Assembly: GCF_016432865.1 (NCBI RefSeq)
Contig: NC_067399.1
Location: forward strand, 514,414,001-514,478,000
DNA length: 64,000 bases
DNA from: Antechinus flavipes
Lineage: Eukaryota
Direction: 5' to 3'
Both the position numbers and the translations under genes were made by a program. The notes under the pieces are model-generated. The model searched no databases, had not been told where the DNA came from, and worked only from the letters and a program-made list of their open reading frames with translations. This document shows, in pieces, positions 1 to 11,253 of the stretch. Within the stretch, counting starts at the first letter, position 1. Each line of letters opens with the position of its first letter.

Positions 1-450
1 GAGGCGGCCCGCGCCCTCCGTGCCCCACGGCCACAGCCCGCTTGACAGGTGGCTCCCCATCTGTCTCCGCAACCCGCTGCGCCAGGGGGCGGGGACTCCG
101 CCTTCCCCCGGCCCTGTCTCGCCCCAATCCTGGGCGAGCCCCGCCGCCTCCTCGGCCCACCAGGGGTTAACCCGAGTCAGGAAGGGTAGCAGCGGGGAAA
201 GAGTTAAAACGTTCTCCTTGCGATCGAACGTCCTTGTCTTCACTCTCTCCCCTTCCTCCCCTTCCACACCGTCCTTGTCCTCAGGTGAGAAGATGGGGCA
301 GGGTCAGTCTGTCAGAGTCATCCCCGTGGGCGGGATACGGGAAGTAGAGGGCAGGGGGGCAAAGTCGAGGGTTCTACGCCTTGACTTCGGCCTGAAAGCC
401 CGGGAGGTGCAGGGAGGGTGAGGTCGGTTTCGGTATGCAGCTCGACACCA
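1..450. promoter_or_regulatory. CpG-rich promoter-like region; by synteny probably the 5' end/promoter of a leftward gene (PPP1R3E expected), no CDS visible
   Basis: High CpG density, GC box GGGGCGGGG at ~87-95, CCAAT at 124-128. Gene identity is inferred from human gene order only. Confidence 0.4.
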
Positions 451-934
451 GCTTCTCGGACTCCCCCCTTCATCTCCCCCCCACCCCTCCAGGTACCGTG
501 GTGGATTTCCCATTGTGCCTTGTCCTCTCATACTTGGAAAAGGAGGCAAGTCCTCGCTCAAAACAGAGTTTGAGATCTTGTCACAATGTCTATTTCTTTA
601 AAATAAACCGATGGCATTAAAATCCAACAAAATAAATCCTATCCAAATTCATCTGTGGATTTGGAAATATTACTGAGATTCAGTTCAGTTCTACAAGTAT
701 TAAATACCATATGCTAAATTCTGAGGATACAGATTAAAAAAAAAAAAAAACTTGCCCTTGAGGGACTTGGAATCTAATGTAGGGGTGTTCTGAAACAGCT
801 GCACGAATAAGTTAAATAATGACTTTAAGTATGTAAGAGAATTGAAATTTGGGAGTTTAAGGGAGCCTAGGTAGGGACATCCAGGAAGGTTTCATGAGGG
901 ATATAGCACCTAGATTTATTCCCTTGGGGAAATA

Positions 935-936
<2 letters not shown>

Positions 937-965
<29 letters not shown>
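937..965. repeat. (CA)n microsatellite
   Basis: Direct CA dinucleotide run. Confidence 0.95.
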
Positions 966-967
<2 letters not shown>

Positions 968-2329
968 CCTCTAAGCAAAGAAATTGAAATACTCCTTAAG
1001 GTGTTGCTATATTGAAATCTGAAGTTTTGAGAAAGATTACATCTTGAAGGGGTATAGTTAAGAGAATTGGACATTAGATAAAAGAACATAGGATTGATGA
1101 TCAGCATTGAAAGGCTCAAGTAAACCAAGAAAATATTTAAAAATAGGAACAGATAGAGATGGTTGGTGGGCTTCAATCACAAAAGACTGGATGGAAACAA
1201 TGCTCAACACAGAGCTGTGGTTTGGGGAAATGATGAAGAAGCTGTAAAATTAAGACTGCAGGCTTATTAAGATACCACCTTTTATCTGAAGCAGAGGTTT
1301 GCTTTTTCATGATCAAGGGGGCTGGAGCTAGGGAAAAAATTATGTAATAACTCCATTGTAGACAGTAGCACTAGAAGGTTTGCAAAGCACAATGGATACA
1401 CAATCACTTGATCTCATAACTTCCCTGTGAGGCAGATAGGACGATTTCCTATCTATCTTACATGGAGAAGGAAAAAGCTCATAAAGGCTAAGTCCAGCAT
1501 CCTTTCTACTCTGCTGATACGGCTTTTAAGTGTATATTGAACTAAATCTGTCCCTTATTAAAGTTCCTTAATGGTAGGGACCAGGTATGGATTATTTGCT
1601 TACTTTATTGGCTAGCACTGCATTTTACAGATTTAATACCATAATTAGAGGTGTGATCCACTATCAGTACTATTAATTTCTTTGGGTAGAGTTGTCTGAG
1701 CACATGTAGGAGTCACACAGCAAATGGTAGGATTGGAATCTTTTCTACTACCTCCAGTGGAGCACTCTTTTTCCAATACTATGCTGACTTTATGCCCCCT
1801 GTTGAATTATAAGTTGCTTGAGGGCAGGAACCATGAATATCTAGCTGGGTTGTTTTTTTTTTTTTTAAACTGTAGTACTTAGATGAATCTGATCCATTGA
1901 CTTTTGACTCTGACTTAATGGATAAGTCTTACGGAGAATATAGAAGGTAAGAAACATGTCTAAGTTCTCATGGCCATTAGATGTCAGAAACTGAGTTCCA
2001 ACTCTTTATTTTCCAGAAACTAAATCTAATGTACTCTCCATTATCCCACTGTCACCTGGATTCAGACCTTACATTGCATGTATTTGAAGGACAAATCCTT
2101 AGGTTTCCCTTGGAAGAGGGCTTTTGTAGTAATGGAATCTAGCTGGAGAATCTTTTTGATCTTTGTTGGGGGGTGGGAGTGGGGTGGGGAATGGGTGAAA
2201 ATGTGTACAAGCTCTTTGGAACTTTCTGTTCCAGTAAAGAACACAGGATGAAAGAGATCAAAAAGATGTGAGCACTGTTCTCATGGCTCCTTAAGTTCAT
2301 TTGTCCTTTGCTATAAAATCTGAAGTGTT

Positions 2330-2590
2330 AGTGGCAAGAATGCTGGATTTGCTGTGTGAGGAGGGACCCAGCTTCAAGTTCTGCCCACCTTACTAACTAG
2401 AACCATCTACAGTTTATTTAATGTCCTGAGATTCCATTTACTCAGCTGCATAATGGGAATAATATCGGTAGCATCTCTTACAGGACTATTGTGAGAATCA
2501 AATAAGATAATGTTAATATATGTAATTTTTATAAAGCACTTTGCAATCTTAAAGTGCTATATGCTATTTATTAGCTATTATTATTATTTC
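2330..2590 (+). mobile_element. MIR-family SINE relic
   Basis: MIR-like core and tail (cataatgggaataat...ctattgtgagaatcaaataagataatg...aaagcactttgcaatcttaaagtgctat). Confidence 0.7.
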
Positions 2591-2999
2591 CTTCTCTAGG
2601 ATCAGATTACTACTATACATTTCTAAGATGCCAACCCACCAGGGAGTAGGCAGCTTTTTGGACCACTCTTTTTTTTTTAACCTCTAGTTCCTCTGCTAAA
2701 AAAGTTTACTAAATTCAGATTACCCTAGAGAGCACCTGGCAAACACTGACTTGCCCTCAGGTAGAATAGCTTTCTCTTTCTCCATGGCTTTGTTTCCCTG
2801 GTGCAGATTACTGGTTGCTCCCTGATCTCTGGGAAAAGGACATACAGCATGCCAATCCTAATCACCCAAGCTGCCAGCTTCTCTCCCTTCATCTTCTGGA
2901 TCATATTTCTGCTTTGCCCTGCTTTCTTTAGCCCTTCTTGGGCTGTGTTTTTCCTAGTTACCCCCACACACAATTCACTCCCTCTCTGCCCCCCCATTC

Positions 3000-3173
3000 T
3001 TTCCCAGTTCCTCTCCTGCCCCGCCTCTCTGCTCTGGACGCATCTCTAAGCCCCATCATCACCAAGCGCCAGGCACTCCCTCTCTCCCTCCCTCTTCTTT
3101 TCTCCTCCCTCCTTTCCTCCCTCCCACCTCCTGCACCAGGAAACTGCCTAGAGCCTGGGGAGCGGCCTGACCC
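3000..3173 (+). other. BCL2L2: BCL2L2 non-coding exon 1 (5' boundary approximate)
   Basis: Ends ...gcggcctgaccc|GTGAGA donor at 3174; resembles human exon 1 as I recall it; GC box at ~3018-3025. Confidence 0.6.
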
Positions 3174-3481
3174 GTGAGATCCCTAACCTGGCGGACTGGG
3201 GGGTGGAGACAGGGTTGAGGGTGGGGGTAAGGGAGGGGCAGGAGCAGGCCCTGTGGGTTGGGTTCTGTGTGAATGTGTGAATGTATGTGTGGGGGGTGCC
3301 GGGAATGTTATCCACCGGAGTCCCCTCTGTCCGAGGCTTCCTGAGGAGAACGGTCATTAAACATGGATTCAGTCAGTAAACCACAGCTGGCAGAGGGATG
3401 GGGGCTGGGCCTGGGTCCGGGTCCTAGGGCAACATTTAGTTTTCCCTATCATTGACCATGATCCCTATCCTCCACCCCTAG

Positions 3482-3566
3482 GGCTCCATAGCTGGGAGGA
3501 TGAAAGGCCTCAGCTGGGGGCTCCCTGCCACCAGCGCTGTGTCCTAGGAGCTGCTGCCCAGGCTTG
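3482..3566 (+). other. BCL2L2: BCL2L2 5'UTR exon 2 (contains uORF 3500-3547)
   Basis: Acceptor ccaccccTAG at 3481 (alternative AG at 3491), donor ggcttg|GTAAGT at 3567. Confidence 0.7.
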
Positions 3567-4038
3567 GTAAGTGTCCCTAATATCTTGTTAACCCTCTGCT
3601 TCCCTCATCTTTCCCATTAATGTAGTTTAATCCCTTTCATTTTATATGTATAGTATATTGATATATTGATCTGGCTCCTCCTCCCACCCAGCTTTTGGGA
3701 GAATTCTAGCTTCTCTTCTATCCTAGCTTGCCCTGGGTCCCTCAAAACAGGAAAGATGGTACTATCTTAATTACTCTTTAAGAGAAACAGTAAATTTCAC
3801 TTATTATTTATAATACAAGTTTAATGACCAAATACACTGAACCTAGTCCCCTTATTAATGGTTAATTATCTCATTATCTCTATTCCATTTCTTACCTTTA
3901 TTTTCCATAGTTCATGGTGAAACACTAGCTGGTCAAACATGAAAAATACCCGTTTGGGCTCTGTCTGGGTATACTCAGTTTATAGTGGAGCATTGCTCAA
4001 GCCCCATTTTCTTCTCTCTGCCTTTTATAGCCAGCCAG

Positions 4039-4470
4039 ATGGCGACTCCAGCCTCAGCCCCAGATACTCGAGCCCTGGTGGCAGATTTTGTGGGTTATAA
4101 GCTAAGGCAGAAGGGCTATGCCTGTGGAACTGGCCCAGGAGAGGGCCCTACAAATGAGCCCCTGCACCGGGCCATGCGAGCCGCTGGAGATGAGTTTGAG
4201 TCCCGTTTCCGACGCACATTTTCTGATCTGGCTGCTCAGTTGCATGTGACTCCTGGCTCAGCCCAGCAGCGCTTTACCCAGGTCTCAGATGAGCTCTTCC
4301 AGGGGGGGGCCAACTGGGGCCGTCTTGTGGCATTCTTCGTCTTTGGGGCAGCGCTCTGTGCAGAGAGCGTCAACAAAGAGATGGAGCCACTGGTGGGACA
4401 GGTTCAGGATTGGATGGTGACCTACCTAGAGACACAGCTGGCAGACTGGATCCACAGCAGCGGGGGCTGG
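4039..4470 (+). CDS. BCL2L2: Bcl-2-like protein 2 (BCL-w), coding exon 1; full CDS join(4039..4470,5174..5323), 193 aa
   Basis: MATPASAPDTRALVADFVGYKLRQKG...NWGRLVAFF...WIHSSGGW (BH4/BH3/BH1/BH2); acceptor ttttatAG at 4030; donor |GTAAGA at 4471, phase 0. Confidence 0.99.
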
Positions 4471-5173
4471 GTAAGAGGCTTTCCTCTTCTACTATAAATT
4501 GCACATTCCCCAGAAAAGCTTGCCTCACTTGGGGAGGGGAAACAGTTGTGATGGGGAGGCTGGTCTCTGATGGGATGGGAATACTTTGGTGTTGCATGGT
4601 AAATCTAGGGTGTGGGGGAAGAGCAACAGTTTGGGTGGAGTTAGGCCATCAGGGTAGAGAGGTAATGTTAGTCAACATTTATGGAGTTACTACTGTGTAC
4701 AGTATGAAGTTCTGTACACTCTGGGAAATTATAAGTTCCCATTATTACAGAGTTTATAACCCAAAGGGGGAGACATAATAAATACACATGAAAAAAGTAT
4801 AAATGATAAATGCAAGGAAGAGAAGTCTAGGGTAATTCATGTTGGAGTTTAAACATAAATCCTGAAGGGATATGGAAGCAAGAGTTGTGGCCAGAGTGCT
4901 ATAGAATTAGCTTGAGAAATCTGCATAAGAAGTTAGTTTTGAAAATGATTTTTTTTTTTTTGCAATGAAAAAAGATATGGGGTGCAGATGAAGCAGGGAA
5001 TTTTAGCAAGATATTTGTGAGGGACATCAAGCAAGGCTGGAGCTGGGACATGGGATACAGCTACAGTATAGATGGAACTGGAATTCTTCCCCTCCCCTTC
5101 TCTCCATCTCCTCTCCTAACATCCCTTTCTTCCTTCTCCTTTTTCTCTTCCCCACTTCCCTTCTCTCCCACAG

Positions 5174-5323
5174 GCGGAATTCACGGCTCTGTACGGGGAT
5201 GGGGCCCTGGAGGAGGCAAGGCGTCTGCGGGAGGGGAACTGGGCCTCAGTGCGTACAGTGCTAACAGGGGCTGTGGCATTGGGGGCTCTGGTGACTGTGG
5301 GGGCCTTCTTTGCCAGCAAGTGA
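5174..5323 (+). CDS. BCL2L2: BCL-w coding exon 2 (C-terminal membrane anchor)
   Basis: ccacAG|AEFTALYGDGALEEARRLREGNWASVRTVLTGAVALGALVTVGAFFASK-TGA. Confidence 0.99.
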   Translation, partial: AEFTALYGDGALEEARRLREGNWASVRTVLTGAVALGALVTVGAFFASK

Positions 5324-7929
5324 GAACTCAACCCAGTGTTGGGTCTAGAGTGGCTGTGGGAAGGAGAGAGTAGGGTAGAATGGAGAGAACCCCTGGGAGA
5401 GGTGGGATGGATGAATGGGGAAGGGACAGGGATAAAAGGGGATGCACTGCGGGAGGTGGGGAGGGATTGGGGGGGAATAAGTGAACTCTGTATGTCAGGC
5501 AGGAGTTTGGAAGGTTGAGCCAAAGAAATGTGGAAGACACATCTGGAAAGTCAATGTGTGCAAGACAGGGAGAGTCACAGCAGGATTGGGGCCAGGATTG
5601 GGTGGGTTTTAGAAGGCAATACCCATAAATTGAGCAGTGTGGAGAGGAGAGGTCATCCTCTAATGAATTTGGGATTTTGCAACCCTAGGGGGTGGTAGAC
5701 TTTTCAAGGGAGTACAGTAAAAATATACGAGAGATGAAGTCTTCATTGGATAAGTAAGATTTGGGGAGAAAGTTTTAGGATCTTTGGAATGACTGTGGGT
5801 ACCCTGGGGTTCTCAGTTTGCAGTGAGAAGTGGGTGTTTTAAGTGGGTGCTTGGATGTGTGTGTATGTGTGCACTTGTGAGCTTTGTGTACCTGGTGTGG
5901 TGATAGAATTCTTCCTCAAGGAAAAATAACTTTCCCTAGCAATGAACAAGAGGAGTTGGATCTCCCCTTGGTTGCCCCAGTGCTGGGGGTAGGGGGTAAG
6001 AAGTAGGGAACTATAGACTGAGAATTTTGAGGCTGTTCTGCAAAAAGTAGTAAGCAGAATTTGAAGAGGGCAGAGTATGCTAGTTGAAATGGCTCAGTTT
6101 TGTAGTTGTCTTCACTTCCCTCATTAGTCCCTTCTCCATGCCTTTAGCACTTGCTGCTGCTCCTTCTAGGGCTCTGAACAAAGCAGAACTAAGGAGCTTT
6201 GGGAGGGAAGGACATTTTATCATCTGTCCCTCTTTTTCTAGTGGGGTGCAGTAGTGCCTGGAAAGGTTCCCTATCTCTGGGACCTCTCTACCCAAATTTA
6301 AACACTAAATTGGGGTTGAAATTTCCCTTTTTGAAAGTATGAATACAAATGTTGATCCAGAACCTAGCTCTGTGTACTAAACACTAAGCCTCAGTGAAAC
6401 TGAGTCTATATGCCTTGAGAGGGACATTCCCAGCTCTGAACTCAGGGGTGGGAGTAGGGTATACTCTAGAAGCCAACCCATTCCACGTGGTGGGCATTGC
6501 TGCTGCTAGATCAAAGACCAGGTATATGGGTTCTAGAGTGCATACCATGATCTAGAAACATTTATGTATGCTTTGAAGCTAGGCTGGTTGCATGGGTGTT
6601 AACTGTCTGCATCTCTTAGTGTGAGAATGCTGAATTTCTGTAACCCACAAATGGATCCAGAAATAACTCTTTCTTTGAAGGAAGGAACTCTTCCTTTCTC
6701 TGGATGCATGGCCCTGAGCCAGACCTTGCTGCTGCACTTTCCAAGGTGCTAAAATTGCTGCTCTTAAATGCTGACTCCAGATATGCTGTGCTCTAGAACC
6801 CTGCCTGTGATCCAGAGCACTGACTTGCTCATCTAGAACACAGTTGGCTCTTCTGGGTAGAGACTTTTACTTGGTCCCAGAATGTGGCAACTTAGTTGCG
6901 CTGCTCTAGAATGTGGGACCAATCTTGGCCTCAGGTGTTTAATCCAAACTTTTGCTTTTGAAAGCTGTGTTCCTTAAGAGGAATTTGTAGGGGAGGTGAC
7001 AGACATTCTGCTGAGACTGTACTGGGTGAGATGGTATCATGAGCCAGAAAGCACTGAGTCAGTTACAGGTGATTAGCATGGAGAGGAGGACAGTTAACAC
7101 TGACTTAACAGTGACAAACCCAGACCAACTAACAGCTCACAATTGGAGCATATGTCCCTCTACCCTTACGACACAGCTCTTTCCCCCACCCTCTATCACA
7201 GACTCCTAACTGTGGCCCCTGTTAGCTCCCTCATGGATCTTTACTAACAGGGGTACCAGGAACCATGGTCAGAAGGACAAAAAACGCACTGCTAAGAGGC
7301 TCCTGCTCCTGGATGGAGGGCAGGGGTTATTGATTTAAAGGGGAGGATGCTCAGACTTGGTCTCTAGAAGCATGGCTGCATTGGGACCACAATGGGCAGT
7401 TTTGGCCAGACACTCCTTCTGGGGGCAATAGAAGCCCCTAAGATCTTTCCTTCAGAAAACCAGGGACTTTTCTATTTGGGGCTATTCAGTTCCTGGGGGT
7501 TGTCTCTTAGCCAAGCAGGCTGAGTGTGACTCCCTGTTTTTAAGTCCATTTCATTAAAAGTAGGGGGAAACACATTTAATTGCCATTTTCAAAAGAGTAA
7601 ACTTGGTGGAGAGGCTGGGGAGAGGAGTGTTTCTTGTTCCCAAGAGCCCATAGGGGCAAGTGGGAGGCTTTGCTTAGGCCATGGGAGGAGTGGAGATGGG
7701 GCAGCTAGGTCCTGAGAGTGCTTATCCCACTCCCCACTTCTGCCAGGACATACATTATTTTTCTTTTTCAAGTCAGAAAACAATGCGAGAACGGATTTGG
7801 TTAGTTTAGAAGAAAAGAAAAAAGCTCTATAAATATAAATATATATTCATGTATTTTTATTTAATAATTTATAAATACTGGGTTAATTTGACTTTTATTT
7901 TTGTGTAATATGTAATGGTCGTATTAAAA

Positions 7930-7935
7930 AATAAA
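7930..7935 (+). terminator. BCL2L2: BCL2L2 poly(A) signal
   Basis: AATAAA after an AU-rich tract (7820-7925); gives a ~2.6 kb 3'UTR. Confidence 0.8.
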
Positions 7936-8309
7936 ATCCAGAAGTTTAATGAGGACTGAACAGGGTTTGTGACTTCTGCATTTACAACTGGAAGGATGGG
8001 ATGGGTGGATACTGGCCTCACTCCAATCACCTTTCTGTGCAGTTTTTTAGGAGTAGAAATTAAGCTAGGAGGGATGTGGGAACTTGGGGAATTTCTAATA
8101 AAGAATTAACATGATAAGAGCCTCTGCTTCCATCCACATGACTTAAGCCAATATTTCTCTGACAACAAGGACCTAGGCAAGAATATATATGACAATCCTG
8201 GCCTTTTCCATACTTTTCTGTCTCATCCTCTCCTTCCCTGCCATCTCCCTCCACATTCCAACTATGGTTCTCAGGCTTACTTCATTTGGGAGATTAATTT
8301 TGCCTGATT

Positions 8310-8520
8310 AGAGTTAGAGTACTATAGCAGATAGAGCTGACTGAGTCAGAAAGAATTGGGTTCATATCTGACTTCTTATTCATGCTTTCTTTGTGACTTT
8401 GGGCAAATCAGCTAACCCTCTCAATGGTCAGTCTTGAGACTATAGGTTTCAGAACAGTTGCTTATCTGCATTGGTTGAAGTTTTCTCACTGGGAGTTATC
8501 CATATCAATGAAATCACAGT
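8310..8520 (+). mobile_element. Marsupial CORE-SINE (MAR1/MIR-like) relic
   Basis: tRNA-like head, gtgactttgggcaaatca core, tail ttatctgcattgg...caatgaaatcacag; similar copies at ~13130-13280, 31150-31310, 47040-47220. Confidence 0.6.
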
Positions 8521-10349
8521 TCTTTTTACAAAAACTTTTCAGGCAACAAGATTCCAGGCTTTATGTAATATACTGTATTACCCTCCCCCCAGCTTGAAAC
8601 AGTCCTCACCATAGTTTGGAAATCCTTTTATTTATCTTGACTGCCTTTTGTTGCAGTTTCAGAAAATTTACTCGTGTTCTATTCTCCAAAGAACAGTAGA
8701 ACAGCTAGTACCCATCTGGAGTTCTTTTGCCTCCTCTCATCTACTCCCCCAAACTTCAAATTCCAGCCAAGTCCTGCATTTCTCCTCTCCTCCATCTTGA
8801 CCATCTGCCCCATCTTGCTCTCTCCCCCGTTTTAAAACTGTTGCTTACAACAACTTCCCACCATACATCTGAGCAGCCTTATTTCCAATAGTTTAACTTT
8901 CACCTTTCTACCATTTCAGGACCTCTTTACTTGATCCAAAAATAGTATTTATTTCTCTCCATTAAATGTTTAATTCATTTAAGTCACAAAATGTGTTAGA
9001 AGCTGGGAGTACAGATGTGAAACAAAATAGTCCTTACATTTAAGGACGTTGTAATCTAATAGGCAAGTGATTATTATTTGAAGGTTTTTCATGTGGTACT
9101 GACTACTCCTAAAAACAGTTTCTATTAAGGTTGTAGTACCATACATTCAGTGCATTCATAATGTTTCTCTCTGATAGAAACTCTTTAATATGGAGTGATG
9201 AGGAAAAGTATCTCCAAATTCATTAAACTCTTTAGAGTGTATCAGTTATACAGTAGCAATGCATTTCTGCTTTCATTGTGTGACTTATATCGTGAACTCC
9301 TTTGTTTAGACTGTTTGGGTCCTAAGTCAAGCCTATAAACAAAGTCAATTTGATTCTTCTTTTAAGGTATGTGATGAGTCAATCAAGCATTTATTAGATT
9401 CTCTAAGTCAATTAGGTGCTAAACTATGCTACTTGATGAACTTTCTTTTTGCATATTTATGAGTAATTTAATCTGTATTCCTTTTCATCTATATCGTCAT
9501 AGTAGGACTTTATAAGATTAGGTCAGGTCAACTTTCTGGTAACAAACCTCTTCAAACGTGGCTAGAGGTTTGTCTGTGGCTGACCATAGCCAGATGTTTG
9601 GCCTTTTCTAAACAGCCTTTCTACTTTATTTAGATCTGCTAGTGCTTGGACTCTGTTGGTACAGTATTTGAGTATCTCTGATCAGTTCTGTATTATCTAC
9701 TGCCCAGTAAGACTTGGGTAGGATAGACCTATACTGTGTGAAGGTAAAACACACTGCAACCTCAATAAATAGATTGATAATCTGGTTTCGTACTGCCAAA
9801 GCCACTGCTTTGTCTGCCTCAAATTAGGGACCTTGATGGGGAATGGAGAGTGGAGAAAAGGAATGGCTATTTATGAAGTTTTAGAGAGTAACGTTTCAAA
9901 TTAAATCTTCTAGTGTAGCGCTGTAAAGCCCATTTTTGTCTATGGCAAGATGTTGGAACTTGGCCATCTCCCCTTTTTTTCAGTGTCAAGATGAATCTTG
10001 AACCACAGGCCAGCCAAAAAGTGTTTCCCACCAGTCAGGTAGCCTACAGTCCTAAGGGGAATGTATTCCTTACTCTCAAAGTGGAAATGTGGCAGGTCCT
10101 CACGGACGAGGGGTAGGCTGAGTTGGTGTGCTGGTTTCTGCTTCATGTTTAAGGAGAGGTTTCTGGAAGTATAGAGGGAGCAACAGACCTTGGGAAAGGT
10201 CAGGAGAGAAGGGGTGAAGCAGTCACTCTTGAATGCACGTCGAATCCTGAATGGAATATCGTGGTTCGTTAAACATCATACAAACGCTCCTATTCTAGCA
10301 ATCTACCCTCGGGAAGATAGGGCTTTCCCTTCTCCGGGTTCACTTGCTT

Positions 10350-10850
10350 TCGGAGTGACTGAAGAAAGCAAGATGGCGGCATCCTCAGAACTCGATCATA
10401 TGACCTAAGGTCCCGTGCTCTGACTTTGGCAGTCCGTTTGGCTGAAGCGGTCACGTGTTGTAACCTAGGTTGGGGGCCCTTCGAACCTCTGGGACCAATC
10501 GGCAACCGAGCTTCGGATAAGGTTGTGGGGCGATGTGCGTGAGGTTCCGTTCCGCCTTTCGTAGTTAGTGGCCAATCGCATCGCACGACAGCATGCGTGC
10601 CGAGAGGGGGCGCGGCCCATAGGGAGAGAGAGGCGGGGATGGCGTCACAGCGTGGCAGGATTGTTACCTAATGACGGGAGAAGGCGGGACCGACGTTGAC
10701 TGACAGGCAAGTTTCCCTTACCGAGATTCGAGGATTTGGCTAGCTACCCCGCCTTAGAGGCGTGATCTTATTTGATTGCCAAGTAATTCTACCCAATGGA
10801 CTCCGAGCGACTGGTGACGGGCAGGCTCCTTGGCTAATGAGCCCCCAGCG
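10350..10850 (+). promoter_or_regulatory. PABPN1: PABPN1 CpG-island promoter
   Basis: YY1 site CAAGATGGCGGC 10369-10380, E-box GTCACGTG 10450-10457, several CCAAT boxes, GC boxes. Confidence 0.75.
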
Positions 10851-11007
10851 NNNNNNNNNNNNNNNNNNNNNNNNNNNNNNNNNNNNNNNNNNNNNNNNNN
10901 NNNNNNNNNNNNNNNNNNNNNNNNNNNNNNNNNNNNNNNNNNNNNNNNNNNNNNNNNNNNNNNNNNNNNNNNNNNNNNNNNNNNNNNNNNNNNNNNNNNN
11001 NNNNNNN
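10851..11007. other. Assembly gap (157 N) hiding the PABPN1 ATG and poly-alanine tract
   Basis: N run directly before in-frame GEGAPGG. Confidence 0.9.
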
Positions 11008-11253
11008 GGGGAGGGGGCCCCGGGCGGCGCGGGGGACTACGGGAACGGGCTGGAGGCGGAGGAGCTGGAGCCAGAGGAATTGCTGCTAGAGCCCGAGCCA
11101 GAACCCGAGCCCGAGGAGGAGCCGCCCCGGCCCCGCGCCCCCCCGGGAGCCTCCGGCCCTGGGCCCGGCGCAGGAGCCCCTGGCAGTCAGGAGGAGGAGG
11201 AAGAGCCGGGCCTGGTCGAGGGCGACCCGGGGGACGGCGCTATCGAGGACCCG
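11008..11253 (+). CDS. PABPN1: Polyadenylate-binding nuclear protein 1, exon 1 (visible part); model join(<11008..11253,11701..11815,12386..12453,12888..12994,13556..13643,13731..13882,14811..>14832)
   Basis: [47 protein letters not shown]...DGAIEDP|GTGAGG, phase 0. Confidence 0.97.

Noticed and set aside
20-561. ORFs 20-421 (+) and 561-304 (-) as a possible PPP1R3E coding exon
   Set aside because: No recognisable RVxF or CBM21 sequence; typical chance ORFs in GC-rich DNA.
10762-10850. ORF-track start of PABPN1 (MILFDCQ...)
   Set aside because: Artefact of translating through the N gap from a GTG; the true ATG should lie inside the gap.
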